Source: Anthoceros angustus
Lineage: Eukaryota > Plantae > Anthocerotophyta
Reading direction: 5' to 3'
Length of the DNA stretch: 64,000 nt
NCBI GenBank assembly: GCA_010909165.1
Contig: VJWM01000259.1
Span: 124,001 to 188,000 of the forward strand
The notes below the pieces were generated by a model that worked only from the letters and a program-made list of their open reading frames with translations, was not told the origin of the DNA and ran no database searches. Position numbers and translations under genes: made by a program. Shown one piece after another: positions 42,187 through 59,100 of the stretch; position 1 is the stretch's first letter, and each line of letters starts with the position of its first letter.

Positions 42187-45100
42187 TTGTTACATTCTTG
42201 GTTTGGTCACCAAGAATCCTTTCAACCTTCTTTGGGTTTAGAAAGTCTGCGTTCAAATCTCTTGTGGATTAATCATGCTGGTGTTCACAAATGTGTTGGA
42301 CTCACTAAGGTTGGAAATTGGCTTGGTGTTCGTGGCAATCGAGTTTCTCCGCCTCATTCATTTGGGCTACACATCTGGTTTGATCCCCCCTTCTCGTGGT
42401 CATCAGGTGATTGCTTCCATTGTCCCCTCCATTCATGCTGAAATTCAATTGCACGATAGCGCGTCTTTGTTGTGGTGATGGATGGCACCCTCCCATCTCG
42501 GAGGTCCTCTCATTCAACGATTGGTGCAAGCTTGCCAATTCACTAACCGGGATGTGATGAAGGGATGAAGCTTCTTCAAACCATTGAGCGTAACTTGGAG
42601 CAATGTGTCGTCAATGACGTATGCACAAGCAAATTTGGGAGGAAAGAGTTCGGATTGCCAAGGCTCAAGGTTGCAACTGTCGGCATGAGCTGGCCCATGC
42701 TTCAGAGGGCTGTGGATTCAACCATCCTGGCTTCCCCACGCCAACATGACGGAGGAGGACCGCACCTTCATGCAGAATATGTCGCCCAAGCACAAGCGAT
42801 TACAGCAGGGTTTCCTCTCATGAGCGTGTCCCATTCCTCTTGTTGCACCTAGGGACATTGAGGGTGATTGTGCCATCTCCCACAAGATGTGGTGGCTCTA
42901 ACCTCTCTTACTTGGCACCCTTCATCTGAAACTTTTCAAGTCCTTTGTAGGCTAAGTGATGAAGAAATGGCTTGTTGTGAAGGCCGTGGATGGAAATGTG
43001 GCTTGGGCTGGGTTTTTTGCGTAACAGCCCGGCGATCTTGCTTTGATGCTACCAAATGCCGAACGATGAGATGATGTTGTGTAGGGTAAAAGGCTCTGGC
43101 GGTGGCCAGTGGGAAGGACCATGACAAAACATGGTGGAATTGGCTCAGGCCTTACATCAAATGCATCTGCCAAGATTTGTTGAACAGTGATGGTAGGGCT
43201 GCCTGCAATGGCAGTATCATCTGGTTTGACCAAGCCCTCTGGTTCATGGTACAGCATTTGGATGAGTTCTTTCCTGGGCAGAGCCTCCGTGTTCAATGGC
43301 TTGCCTTCACAGCATTCCTGAATGCTGGCCAAAACCGTGATTGTGTGAAAGCCCACATTTCCTTCATGTATGTATGTGAAATGATGTTGGATGGTGCTGC
43401 TGCATTTGCCACTAACCCCACCCAAAGGCTCCTTGTTGCATTCCCTGGATCAGCAAAACTCATGATAGAGAAAATGATCAAGCCTCCTTCCTTCACGGAA
43501 GAATGCGATCGCTTGATGAAACAGAGTTGAGGTCCAATCAAAAATCCTATGCATAAAGCAAAGTCGATGGGGACAAGCACGAAAAGTCCTCACCGAGGCA
43601 CCCGTGGCAATAGGCAAGGTGGCCCTATGATGCACAATAGGTTTTCTAACAAATATGCTAGAGTAGCGGCCCCTACTATCGAAAGAAGACTCTCCTATGG
43701 CTCGACATTTCTAGCAACCTTAGCTCTCCGACCTCGACGACACCCGGCTCCTTCCAACACACATGGTGACTGGCACTCCGACGGTGCCTCTTCTACCTCT
43801 AAGCCTCCTAGTGGACTACGGGAATCAAACTCGTGATTTTTGTAAGTTCGATGACCCTCTTTTCTTCGTTGTCCTGGCTAATTTTTCCTTGGTTGCCTTT
43901 TCCGTGTCATCCGATGATCTGGTCTTTGCGATCGCATGTTGCTTTTGACATGGCTGAATGGCAATTAGTGAAGCATGCACCGATACCAATGCTGGTTTCG
44001 TTCACACACGTTGTCTTGTAATAGGATTGGAACATTTGCAAGTGAAAAGTTCTGACCAAGCTACTAACATGCTTGGTGATGCCTCCTTGATGCAGCTAGT
44101 CTTGGAAACTACCTTTGGATGGAGACATGTTGCCTCCTTGAGGCAAGAGGTGTACAAGCCTCGGAAAGTATTTGTGGATTTTCTTTTTGAACCTGGAGAT
44201 AGTGTGCCCAGAGACACCTGCGTGTGCCCATCACAAAAGCGCTTCCAAGCTTTTGTGGATCCTTTGACCATGGATCCCAATGATGGGGTGGCTCATGTCC
44301 GCACTGCTGATTGTGCTCTGGTGAGGGACCATAACCTCCAAGCACAGCTTAGTATGGGACTGAACCAGATTCCCCTTGCCTCCCCCAACATTCCTGATGC
44401 TGTGGAGAGTGTTCTGGATTCTTTTGCACAACTTGTGGAAATTTTCTTGGCACATGGGTGCAATCTTTTGGATGAGCATGTTTTTTTGGCCCAAAATTGG
44501 CTGCGTTCACAGTGCTTCCAATCTTTGAGACAAGCCAAAAAACAAAGGCTTTGGTCCTATGGTAGGACTCATGTTCGAAAATTCATGCGCAAGGGATGAG
44601 CTCTCATGGCTCCTTAACCACCTCTATTGTTCGCCTTGATAAAGCCAACACCACGGCTTTTCAATGCACCTTCTATGTCGAAATGTGCCTTGAAAAGACT
44701 TTGTGATCCGGACTTTTCACCCCTGGAAAATGGCACTTGGTTGCCTATCTCACATATCCCTGAGTAACATTCAATTCCACTGAAAGCATACTCCACGAGA
44801 TTCCGGTGGACCAAGACTTTGGTCTCCCCTACCTCATGGGAATTTTTAAACAGCATAAATTGAAGCACGTGGTTAACCAATGGACATGATTGTGTGTTCT
44901 CTATCTTGGCAGACCTACTCACATTTGCCACAAATCTTATTATTCCAATTTTAAGGGATTGGACCCTTGGGCTTCAAGAGGGCTATAAAACCTACTTGGA
45001 GTGGATACCTCAACGTTTTGGATCACGGAATCCGTGGTACAAGTGGCAATCAATCTCCCGCTAAAATACATTCCATTTTAGTCGCGGATATTACGCGATG

Positions 45101-46248
45101 CTATGAGGCTATTCCACACAAGGGAAGACTCCTTTGAAGCCATGGCTTTTGTCTTAAAAGGCATACACTCATGTCAATGAACACGTGAGCAAAACTAAAA
45201 CCTTATGGGTGAAATACTCATTTACCCAAGGCTTTTGTGATTACAAGTGGGTTTATGATACACCTAGTTGCACCAACTGGACCATGGATCCCTCTCCCAT
45301 ACGAGAGACTCCTAAGTCTCCACTTATGGCTTATGCAAAGCGCAATGTCCAGCTTGAAACCACGCTGGTTGCAAACCTCGGGCATCCCAATGGGCTTTTC
45401 ATGCTCTCCACTTTGGTGCAACTTGTACTTCTTCTCCTATGAATGCCGCTTCATTCAACGCCTAGCACGACTAGGAAGAACTGATCTAATGGCCTTTGTT
45501 CAAAGAAGCTAGAAGATACATTGATGATATCTGGGCTCAAGCGCCACCTCGCTCACGATTCTTGGACCCTAATGCTAAGCGTGATCCCGACAATCCCTAT
45601 TGGATCTACCCCTCCACATTGTTGAAATCCAACAAGAGGTGGATGAAACTTACCTAGCCGAGGGCATCACACTTGGAAAGTCGGCCCACTTTCTAAACAT
45701 GCAAATTCATATTGAGGATCCCATCCTTGGAATTTATAAGACCTATAAGTTTGACAAACGAAGGGCTCTCCCATTCAAATATGCACAATACATCCACTTG
45801 AACTCTAATAGACCAATTACCAAGCATACAATGTAATTGTGTCTCAAGTGTTCCCTATCCTCTATGTATCTAGTGAGGCCTCACTAGCCTACATAGAACT
45901 CATGGAACTTATTAAAGCCTTCATCAACAATGGCTTTAGGAACACAAGCTTAAAACCATTGTTAAAAATGCTTAATGCTTGGAACCTTCCGGTCTTAAGT
46001 TCCCAATTGAGGATCTTGTTAGCATGTTCAATTAATTTCCCACATAACTTCTCTCTATGGGATGGTTAGATAGATTTATGTATATGATGCTTCATGCATC
46101 ATGTTTTCTGTTTTCTGTCATTTTATTACAATTATATTTCCTTTTGGCGATGTGGTATACAAATAACCTTGGATCAAGGGCATTTGTATACCTCATTTAC
46201 GATCCAAAAAGGAATATATTTGTAAATTCAACCACGGAGAGTGGAGGG
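42187..46248 (+). pseudogene. PLE core copy 3 (uninterrupted, frameshifted; CxC intact)
   Basis: ORF 43958-44599 contains WRHVASLRQEVY...DTCVCPSQKRF...AHVRTAD; RT motifs lie between ~45060 and ~45550; stop at 46033-46035. Confidence 0.9.
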
Positions 46249-46304
<56 letters not shown>

Positions 46305-46645
46305 ATCTATCATCTATCCTATCTTCTATCATCTGTCATCTATCTATCTATCTATCCATCTATCTGTCTATCTATCATCTATCTAATCTATCTATCTATC
46401 TGTCTATCTATCTATCTATCTATCTGTCTATCTATCTGTCTATCTTCTATCTATCTTCTATCTATATCTATCTATCTATCTGTCTATCTATATCTATCTA
46501 TCTATATCTATCTTATCTATCTATCTATCTGTCATCTATCATCTATCTATCTATCTATCTGTCTATCTATCTATCTATCTATCTAATCTATCTATCTATC
46601 ATCTATCTGTATCTATCTATCTATCTATCTGTCTATCTATCTGTC

Positions 46646-46680
<35 letters not shown>

Positions 46681-46722
46681 ATCATCTATCTGTCTATCTA
46701 TCTCTATCTATCTATCTGTCTA

Positions 46723-46754
<32 letters not shown>

Positions 46755-46761
46755 CATCTAT

Positions 46762-46762
<1 letters not shown>
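46249..46762. repeat. Imperfect (CTAT)n microsatellite, ~514 bp
   Basis: Read directly; includes CTGT, CCAT and CAT variant units. Confidence 0.98.
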
Positions 46763-50806
<4,044 letters not shown>

Positions 50807-53253
50807 TTGGTTGTATAGTGCATGTGTCTTTGATTTTGGCCGTAGCGGCGTCACCTTCAAGTCCAATAGGGTAGGACCTGCGGTGATCGCTTTTGTGTCA
50901 TGGAGCAAGGCTCCCTATGAAGTCACTCCAGTCGATGGGTACACCTCAGGTAGCACGGGGGTAAGCTCCTCGGGCAGTGACCGAGCTTATCGGGGACCTT
51001 CAGCCGAGGTCGCCGAAATAAAAGTTGATTTGGAGTATTCATGCTTGCACGTAGAGGATGTCGTAGAAGAGTCAGAAGATGAGGCACATAGAGAGGGAGT
51101 AGCCTTTTGGAGGGGTAAGGCCTATGATCGTGATTTTCCTGAGGAGGGATCCGGAACCAGTACAGGTAGCAGTCCAGAAGGGACATACGTAGATCCCGAT
51201 GTTGTAGAGGACTTAGAGTTAGAGCCCGGCAAGGTAGTCAAGGTTTCTAGGTATCTAGGACAGATAGAGAAAGAGGAATTTCGTAGCGTACTTAGGGAGT
51301 ATGTCGATGTGTTTGCCTTCAGGATTACTGACATGAGAGGGATTTGAAGGCGGGATACATCAGATCGACTTGAAGGAGGCGCACTCGGTGAGGATCAAGC
51401 AATACAGGCTGAATCCCAAGTATTCCATGGTCGTTAAGGATCAGCTCGACCAATATTTGGAGGCTAGGGTAATCTACCCAGTGCTCACTAGCGAGTGGGT
51501 CGCACCAATTGTGATTGTACCGAAGAAGCAGCAGGGAAAGGTTCGAGTATGCCACGATTTCAGGAAGCTCAATGAAGCGACGAAGAAGGATCATCACCCT
51601 TTGCCTTTCATGGACAGTGTGCTGGACACGGTAGCCGGACATGAGATGTACAGTTTCTTGGGCCGGGTATTGCAGGTACAATGTTTTGCGGAAGGAAGAT
51701 CGAGGACAAGACAACATTCACAACGGATTGGGAACCTACGCTTATTCAAAGCTCCCTTTCGGGTTGTGCAATGCCCCTGCCACTTTCCAGCGTGTGGTGA
51801 ACGCGATATTCCGAGATTTCTTGCGGAAGTTCATGGAGGTATTCCTGGATGATTTTTGCGTGTTTGGGAGGAGAAAACTGCATCTAGACCATTTGAGACA
51901 ATGTTTTCAGAAGTGCAGAGAATCGAACATGAAACTTCATCCGGGAAAGTGTTATTTTGGTATGACGGAGGGCATTTTGTTAGCACATCGAGTCTCTGTA
52001 CGAGAATTACAGGTAGATAAGGAGAAAGTAGCAGTTATAGCTGAGATGGACGCACCACAAACGGTGAGGCAGGTGCGTGCTTTTGTAGGGTTGGTAGGGT
52101 ATTACAGGAGGTTCATCAAGGATTTCGCTAAGAAGGCAGCCTTGTTGACACAGTTGACCAAGAAGGATACACCTTTCGAATGGACCGATGCAAGACAGGA
52201 GGCTTTTCAGCTGAAGGACAGCTTGGTGAGCGCACCAACGTTACAACCGCCGGATTGGGAGAAACCGTTTCACGTATCGTAGATGTATGCCTTATGCCAT
52301 TGGGGGATATTAAGCGGAAGGGCGAGGAAAAGCAGGATCATCCGATTTTCTATGCCGGTGAGCGACTCACGGACCGAGAAGAATTATTCAACCACAAGCG
52401 GTGAGGCGGTGCGTGCTTTTGTAGGGTTGGTAGGGTATTACAGGAGGTTCATCAAGTTTAGAAGGCAGCCTTGTTGACACAGTTGACCAAGAAGGATACC
52501 GTTCGAATGGACGATGCAAGGCAGGCTTTTCAGCGGCTAAAGGACAGCTTGGTGGCGCACCAGCGTTACAACGCGGATTGGGAGAAACCGTTCCACGTAT
52601 CGTAGATGTATGCCTTATGCCATTGGGATGTATTAAGCGGAAGGGCGAGAAAGCAGGATCATCCGATTTTCTATGTCGGTGACGACTCACGGACCGAGAA
52701 GAATTATTCAACCACGGCGGGAGGGTCTTGGTATCATTTACTCCTGTAAGAAGTTTAGACACTATCTGCTTGCTTGCAAGGTGACGTTCCATGTTGACCA
52801 TTTTGCGTTGAAGTATCTTGTCAACAAGCCAGATTTGTCAGAAAGGAGCAGGCTGCTCCTCTCAGCATAATGCACTCTTTGGACTTGAATTGTGGGATCC
52901 TGTTTGGCCATAGCCCAGTTTGAGAAGAGGGACCCATGCCACCTAGGGCTACTAACGGGCGAACTGGCAGAAGGCGACGTAGTATGCCTGGAAGGAGGAG
53001 ATTAGAACGTGAGGGGCGTTTATGCCCAAGATATCTGTTGAACAGTGAAGTACGCAAGTTCCTGGAGCATGGAATCATGCCCGATGGCTTATCCAGGGAG
53101 GGGCGGGCCGTTTTTCTCCACAAAGCCTCGCCCTATTGTCTAAAGGGAGACGTTTTATACAAGCTAGGCCCGGACGAGAAGATTCGGAGGTGTCTTAAGG
53201 TTGAAGAGGCGGCACTCGTCACTGAGAAACTACATGCAGAGGAGGCTGGTGGT
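50807..53253 (+). pseudogene. pol: Ty3/gypsy pol fragment: RT, RNaseH, start of integrase zinc finger; 337-bp internal duplication
   Basis: EYVDVFAF..DMRGI; EWVAPIVIVPKK..KVRVCHDFRKLNEATKKDHHPLP; PFGLCNAPATFQR; FMEVFLDDFCVFG; PDWEKPFHV; KFRHYLL..FHVDHFALKYLVNKPDLS; YKLGPD...LHAEEAGG. CGGTGAGGC at 52062 and 52399. Confidence 0.92.
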
Positions 53254-53560
53254 CGTTGCTTCCGCTTCCACCATCTTCGTGCAATAATTCGTAGCCACCA
53301 AAATGTATTGTTTCCTTGTCCATTGCGTCGGCGGTTTGATTGGCCCTACGAAATCAATTCCCCACTTTTCGAAGGGTGCTAACGGTAGTATGTAGGTGAG
53401 AGGCCATTGTGTCGACAATGTAGGCCGCCCAACCCTCGACACGCATCACACCTCCGGTGAACTCCCACACATCCTTACGCATGAGCCACGAACCACCGCA
53501 TTCAAGATCTTCTTAACGGTCACTGCAATACAAGAAGCAGCGGAGGCGGTGGCCACGATC
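53254..53560 (-). pseudogene. Inverted gypsy integrase fragment (zinc-finger end and start of catalytic core)
   Basis: Minus strand reads TVKKILNA..., then PLAPFEKWGIDFVGPIKPP...QYILVATNYCTKMVEAEA (ORF 53230-53442). Confidence 0.85.
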
Positions 53561-55238
53561 GGCCTCTACAACACCCTTAGGCAAGAGACATGCACCACCA
53601 TCTATGAGTGCAATCGCGTTCCTTCCACAATTTGTGAGTGCATCGTGCCCTTTGCATCTTCTAGCTCACCATATTTCATGATGTCCTCTTTCATGGGTCG
53701 TTCAAGTCAAAAACTTGGCGAGGCATTTTCCGATTCACCAAATTTTGCATACATGTCCACCGGTAGGTGCCCACCACTACATTCTCCAGGCCGAGCCCTT
53801 GCTGCACTCCATAAGGGCATTCCATGTCACCACATCACGACAAAGCAAGCAAGACTACAAAAATGAGGTCGGGGAATCACCACTAGTTGTCCATCATAGT
53901 GAAGACTAAACGAGGTTCTTTGAAATATGAAGGCGGTCATCCCCACTTGCCAATTAAGGCGATCCATCTAACGGGTCGTCGTTCAATAATCCATCATAGC
54001 ACTATGATGGGAACCAAACAGAACATAGATTCTTGAACACGAAGTTATCCCCACTCGCCAAGACCACATCCATGGTGCTCCCATTCCACCTCCATAAGAT
54101 GATCTAGGCGGCGTGGGGATGTTCCTCCTCCCGAAGACAAAGCATTCAATTGGGCTTTGCAGCGGACCGTGTTTTCCAACACGGTCCGTTATAACAATCT
54201 GCGTGTAAAATGTTTGAGACGGCCGGATCGGGCCTCTCTCATGTTTTACAACATCACGTACAACCTAATCTAATTTACAACACGATCAATTGCAAACCGC
54301 TTTTGTACATTGTAAAGCGTTTAGAGAGGCCAAGATAGGCCTCCCACGAATTTACAACATAGTCTAATTTACAACACCCGTTGCAAAGCGCACTTGTATG
54401 TTGTAAAATGTATGACAAGGGGATCGAGCCTGCACGTTTACACCAAATTCTGGCGTAGTCTCATACACAAGGTCCATTGCAAAGCGATCTTGCACGTTGT
54501 ATACTCGATCGGGTTTCGGTGCCATTGACAAATTCACATTGTAGCGTAGTGCCATTGACAAATTCACGAGCCACCGTGGCGATCGTAGAGAGACACAAGC
54601 CACGGTTCCCCAAGCTATACCACTTGCTTTCGGGCTCTCACATAAATCATAGCAAGAGTTAGGAAGCGGCAGAAGGCGGGTGGCAACCGACCTCCACAAC
54701 ACCCTCGGGCAAGAGATGCACCACCTTCAAGCAAGAGACATGCACCACCTTGAGGCAAGAGACATCGTCCTCTTCATGTGTCATTTAGGCATCAAACAAC
54801 TTCCACCAAAAATTGGACATACTTTCGAGCGTGATTTCTTGATGCAAGAAGCCATATGAACTAGCATCCATGAATACACTAAGGAGTACCTGGAGCCTCC
54901 TGTTGTCGACGAGGGACGGCAACATCAATTTCTTCTCTCAAACGATTCCTCCGTGAAGCGCGCAAATCTCTTGCAGTAGCGGGTGGGGGCGATCTCCCGT
55001 GTTCTTCTCCTCGAGACCGTCCCCTACCAGACATCTGCAAGCATCCTCATATCCTCCAACCCACAGTTGTTAAGAAGGAAGCAACCCACACCCTTTAGCG
55101 TCTCATCCGTTCACCCCTATGACAACTTAGACGGCGTGGAGCTCCTCCTTCACAACACATGGTCGACCCTCAGTCCCTTTGAAAAACATTCTACATTCTA
55201 GCGATGGAAATCACAGAACTCAAATTTTCAGCGACAAG

Positions 55239-55256
55239 TCCCCGGCAACGGCGCCA
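55239..55256 (-). promoter_or_regulatory. PBS complementary to tRNA-Asp(GTC)
   Basis: The + strand TCCCCGGCAACGGCGCCA equals the plant tRNA-Asp 3' end with CCA; it lies 4 nt from an LTR terminus (TGTGG at 55261). Confidence 0.85.
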
Positions 55257-55260
55257 AAAA

Positions 55261-56099
55261 TGTGGTAGGGAAAACCCCGGGGCTTCCGAGATCCTCCCAC
55301 TCTAGCGGCCACACTTATCCCCACATCGCTTTTGTCGTTGGGTTTCGTCCCATGAGACTTGTGTGAAAGTTCGAGGTCTTGTGCGTCGCTACTGCGAGAC
55401 ACACTCTCGGCCTTCTAAACAAGCAAGGCGCCTCTACTCTCCCTCTTCAGCACCACTTGCTCGAAAAATCACCAATCCTCGACCTACAGCGACACAACAC
55501 AATTGCGGTCACACCTTGTGAGGAGCCTATCACGGGCGCCGAGGACCCCCAGTCCACACACAATTTCGTCCCCTACTTCTAAGACCACTCTTCTCCACTC
55601 GGGGCGCTCTTTTACTTGCAGTTGGGATTCGTCCCTTAGGCTCTGCTGTGGCCTTCCACTAACACCTACACCTCTAATCCTCTACTCATCTTCTCATCCT
55701 CTTCCTCCTATTCTAACCTCGATTCGGGCTTCTTGGCTTGACTCGCCCTTACAGCTGGCACTCGGCCTCCACCCAAGTTCTTCCTTGGGCGGTTGCTATG
55801 AGTTTGACACCAGGCGAGAACCTCCGAGTCTTTCCTGTAGTCTACCCTCAAGCCGAGTTCACAGGCATTGCCACACACCCAAAGCAAAGCAATTTCACAG
55901 CAACCATTCACAAGGGAGCAACTCGTTTAGGCACTTGCGTGAGCAAGTCCTCCACCAAGCACTCACCACGACTTCCTCTCTAGAATCGTTGGCTCACGGT
56001 GCGAAATTCCTTTAATGGCAAAGGACTCGATATGGGCGCAAGGCGTGATACTTTACTTTGTGAAATCCTCCTCCTCTTATAGGAGGCCTTCCACATACA
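55261..56099 (-). repeat. Putative LTR of a minus-strand gypsy-like element (right boundary uncertain)
   Basis: TG...CA ends, PBS-Asp on one side, and a candidate PPT (minus strand AAGGGGAGGT, 56100-56109) on the other. Confidence 0.55.
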
Positions 56100-56109
56100 A
56101 CCTCCCTTA

Positions 56110-59100
56110 GGTGACCCTCTGCGGTCACCTTTTCCAATTTTCTATTATTTCCTACGCCCATTTAATGCGGCACCTAAATCTATTATGCGATCCTTGGTAA
56201 ATTCTATTCTAGTAACTTCACCTAAGATCATTCTTAAAGGATGTCAGCCTACACCACTTATCTTTCCCATTCTCCAAAGCTCATTTATGGTCATTGACCA
56301 TTCTCAGTCCTTATCTTGCTAGGGTGGCGACGTGTACCTTATGGATTGGCTCCCTCGCCCTCCTTTTGCTCTTGTCCCTTCCCCAGATCTTGTCGCCTTC
56401 CTAATGTGTGGGTCAAGTACAATGCTGCCCCTTCCCCCATCTCCAGCGGCGCGCCATTCCTGTCCTCCAATCGCCTCCGCACTCGGCGCCTTTTCTCCAG
56501 CCTCACTGGTGGCGTTCATCGGCACCCTACGCGGTAGTCGGCGGACTAAGGTGGTGACCTACCATGGTAGTCGATCTTCTTTTCTTCTTCTCCCATCTGA
56601 TGCCTCTTGGGTTGGAATCTTCCTTGCTCCTTTCCTCCTGTTTGGTTGTCCATACCTATCATGGAGCATTCTCAATTCTTCCTCCCCAATTGTCGGGATT
56701 TCACTAATCCTTGGCCTTTTGCATCACCTCCTCGGCTGGCCTTCCCTGCTCGTGGGGTGAGGAACTTCTCACCCTCCTTCCTTGGTGGGATCCGTCCTTT
56801 CTCCCGGTGGGGTTGTCTCCCACCTCCTCTTCTATTCCCGGTATGCTCGGACCCCGGCTCCTTCATTCAGCGGGGCCTCCAGCGGCCGACTCCCCCCCGG
56901 TCGCTCGCGGTTTATACCCTACCGGTAGTCGGCGGACTACGGTGGTGGTGGTCTCAGTGGTAGGTGACCCCCACTGGGCTGTCCCCCTCCTTGCTCTCCG
57001 CCATCTTCCTCCTTGGCGCTGCTCTCCTTGTCTCCTGTCTCCTCGGACTCCTCGAGTCCATGTCGATGGCCTCATCAAAATCGGAGGCCTCGGCTGCACT
57101 GTTGCGGCTCCTTCTGTCATCATCATGAGGACCCAATGTCCTCCTCTTGGCCCAAAGACTTCATTGTTGGCCTTCAAAATCTATTGTGGAGGTGAGCCCC
57201 AAGCTGTAATGCATTTGGAGATCATCAATCTCCAGTGGGCCACTCTCCATCCTCACACCTACCTTGTAGGCATCCCTTGGTGGTCAATTCTCCCACCTTG
57301 ACATGGAGGTCACATTCTCCTCCCTTGCTTCCTTTGGTTGGCCATTTTGCAGAAGGGCATAATCCAAAATCGCCTCTTCCTCACCACGCATCCTGTACCA
57401 CCTTCTTGTGGTACTCCTCCTCTGGAACCTCCTTCCTCTCCTCCTCTGGAACCTCCTTCCCTTCCCTTCCCTCTAGGACCTTCTCCGGCTCCACTGCTTG
57501 CGTCTTGAGCCTAGCTCCAGCTTCTCCAATTATCGGGTCCTTCTCAATTCTTCCTCATATCCCATCTTGATGGCTTGGGTAGCCATCACTGCTCTTGCGT
57601 CCATTTGTTGGATGCACCTTCTCCTTCCTAGAGCCTCTGTTTTGCCCTTTCTCTCCTGCTCTAGCTGGGCAAAATGCTCTTCTGCCTTCGCCTTCTGCCT
57701 CCACGAATCCCGTTGGGTTGTTGCCCGAATGGCTCTCTCCTCGATGTGACAACCTCCCCTCTAGGACCTTCTCCGCTCTCCGGTGGTCCACGAGATCCCG
57801 CTGGAGCTTCTCCACAGCCTTCTCCAGCTTGGCTGCCTTCTCGTCGGACTCCATGGCCTCCAATTGCCATTTGGTCCACCTTCCTCCGGCCATGTCTTGG
57901 GCACTTCCTCTTGGCATGCCCACAAGGAGGCTGCTAGCTCCTAGCCCCTTCAAAATCCACGGTGAGTGCTTCACAAGCACTCGGCAATTCTCCTAGGGGT
58001 CCCAAATTCCACCTGCCTCTTCTTGGAAATTTCCAGCTCCCTTGCACTCACGGGCCATCACGGCGTGGGTCCCCTCAGTCGCCCCATCCGCCCTTCCTCC
58101 AGCGCGGTAGTGGTGGCCTGGCGCCCGCTGTGCGCTTCTCTTCCCTTCCCTACCGCGGTCTCGTGGGGTGCTTGCCTGCGTGGCTGCTCCCCCCGTGTGC
58201 CTACCTACTGGTGTGCCTACCTAGTGGTCCTAGTAGTGCCCACCCTCTTGGGTGGGTGCCTCCCTACGGTGGGGCTGGGGGCCTCTCTGCACAGGCACAA
58301 TGAGATGGTGGGGACTCCCCACCCTTGGGGCATCACCCCTCATGGTAGTCCTCCTCTCATAGACTACCATTCGGCCTTCCTCGGCGGTTCTTCCTCTCCT
58401 CCCTTGCTCTTGTGGGGAAAGATTCCCACTCGGCAACCTTGTTGCCTCTACATCCTCCCTTGCTCCTAGCATGCTTGTGGAGTCGACCTCCCATCTTCCT
58501 CAATGCAAAGGCAAGGCCTTTCCAAGCTTGGCTGGAGATGGATTATCTCAGAAGGATGCCAAGCATCTTCCAACTCCTTGCTTGTGAGAAGTCCCTCCGT
58601 TTCCCACAAATGCACCAAATAGGTGCTAAGGTAAGGCCTTGGCCTTCCTCATCCACGAATTTGGCTTGAGGAGCTTCTCCGGTGGATGTAGGCCTCATAC
58701 ATGATGGTGCCCCAATCGGCTTGGCTCCCATGAAATCTTCCACAAAATTGGAGGAAGTTGGTCTTTGAAATAAAGTCCTTTGGTAATTTACCAACCCAGC
58801 ACAATCTTGCAAGAGCCTCCACTTGACTCCTTGATGCTCTGTCTTCCATTCTTGGCATGGGCCTTCACTCCTCCGTCCATCATGTCGAGGACTCTGCGGA
58901 ATTTCGGAGAGGCGTCCTCTTCCTCCATTCGTCCTTTTGAGAGCAATTCGAGCTCTCCTCCTCGGTCTCCATACACTGAATGCTCCTTACGGTCCGGCGA
59001 GGATCCGTTCGAGCATTCCTCTCGTTCGGCAAGGCGCCTCGATTGATGGAGATTGATGAAGCACTCCTCAATCAATTCCAAATTGGTGTAGGCCCATTGG

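Noticed and set aside
55239-55256. tRNA-Asp gene
   Set aside because: Only the 18-nt 3' end with CCA is present, next to an LTR; this is a PBS, with no cloverleaf.
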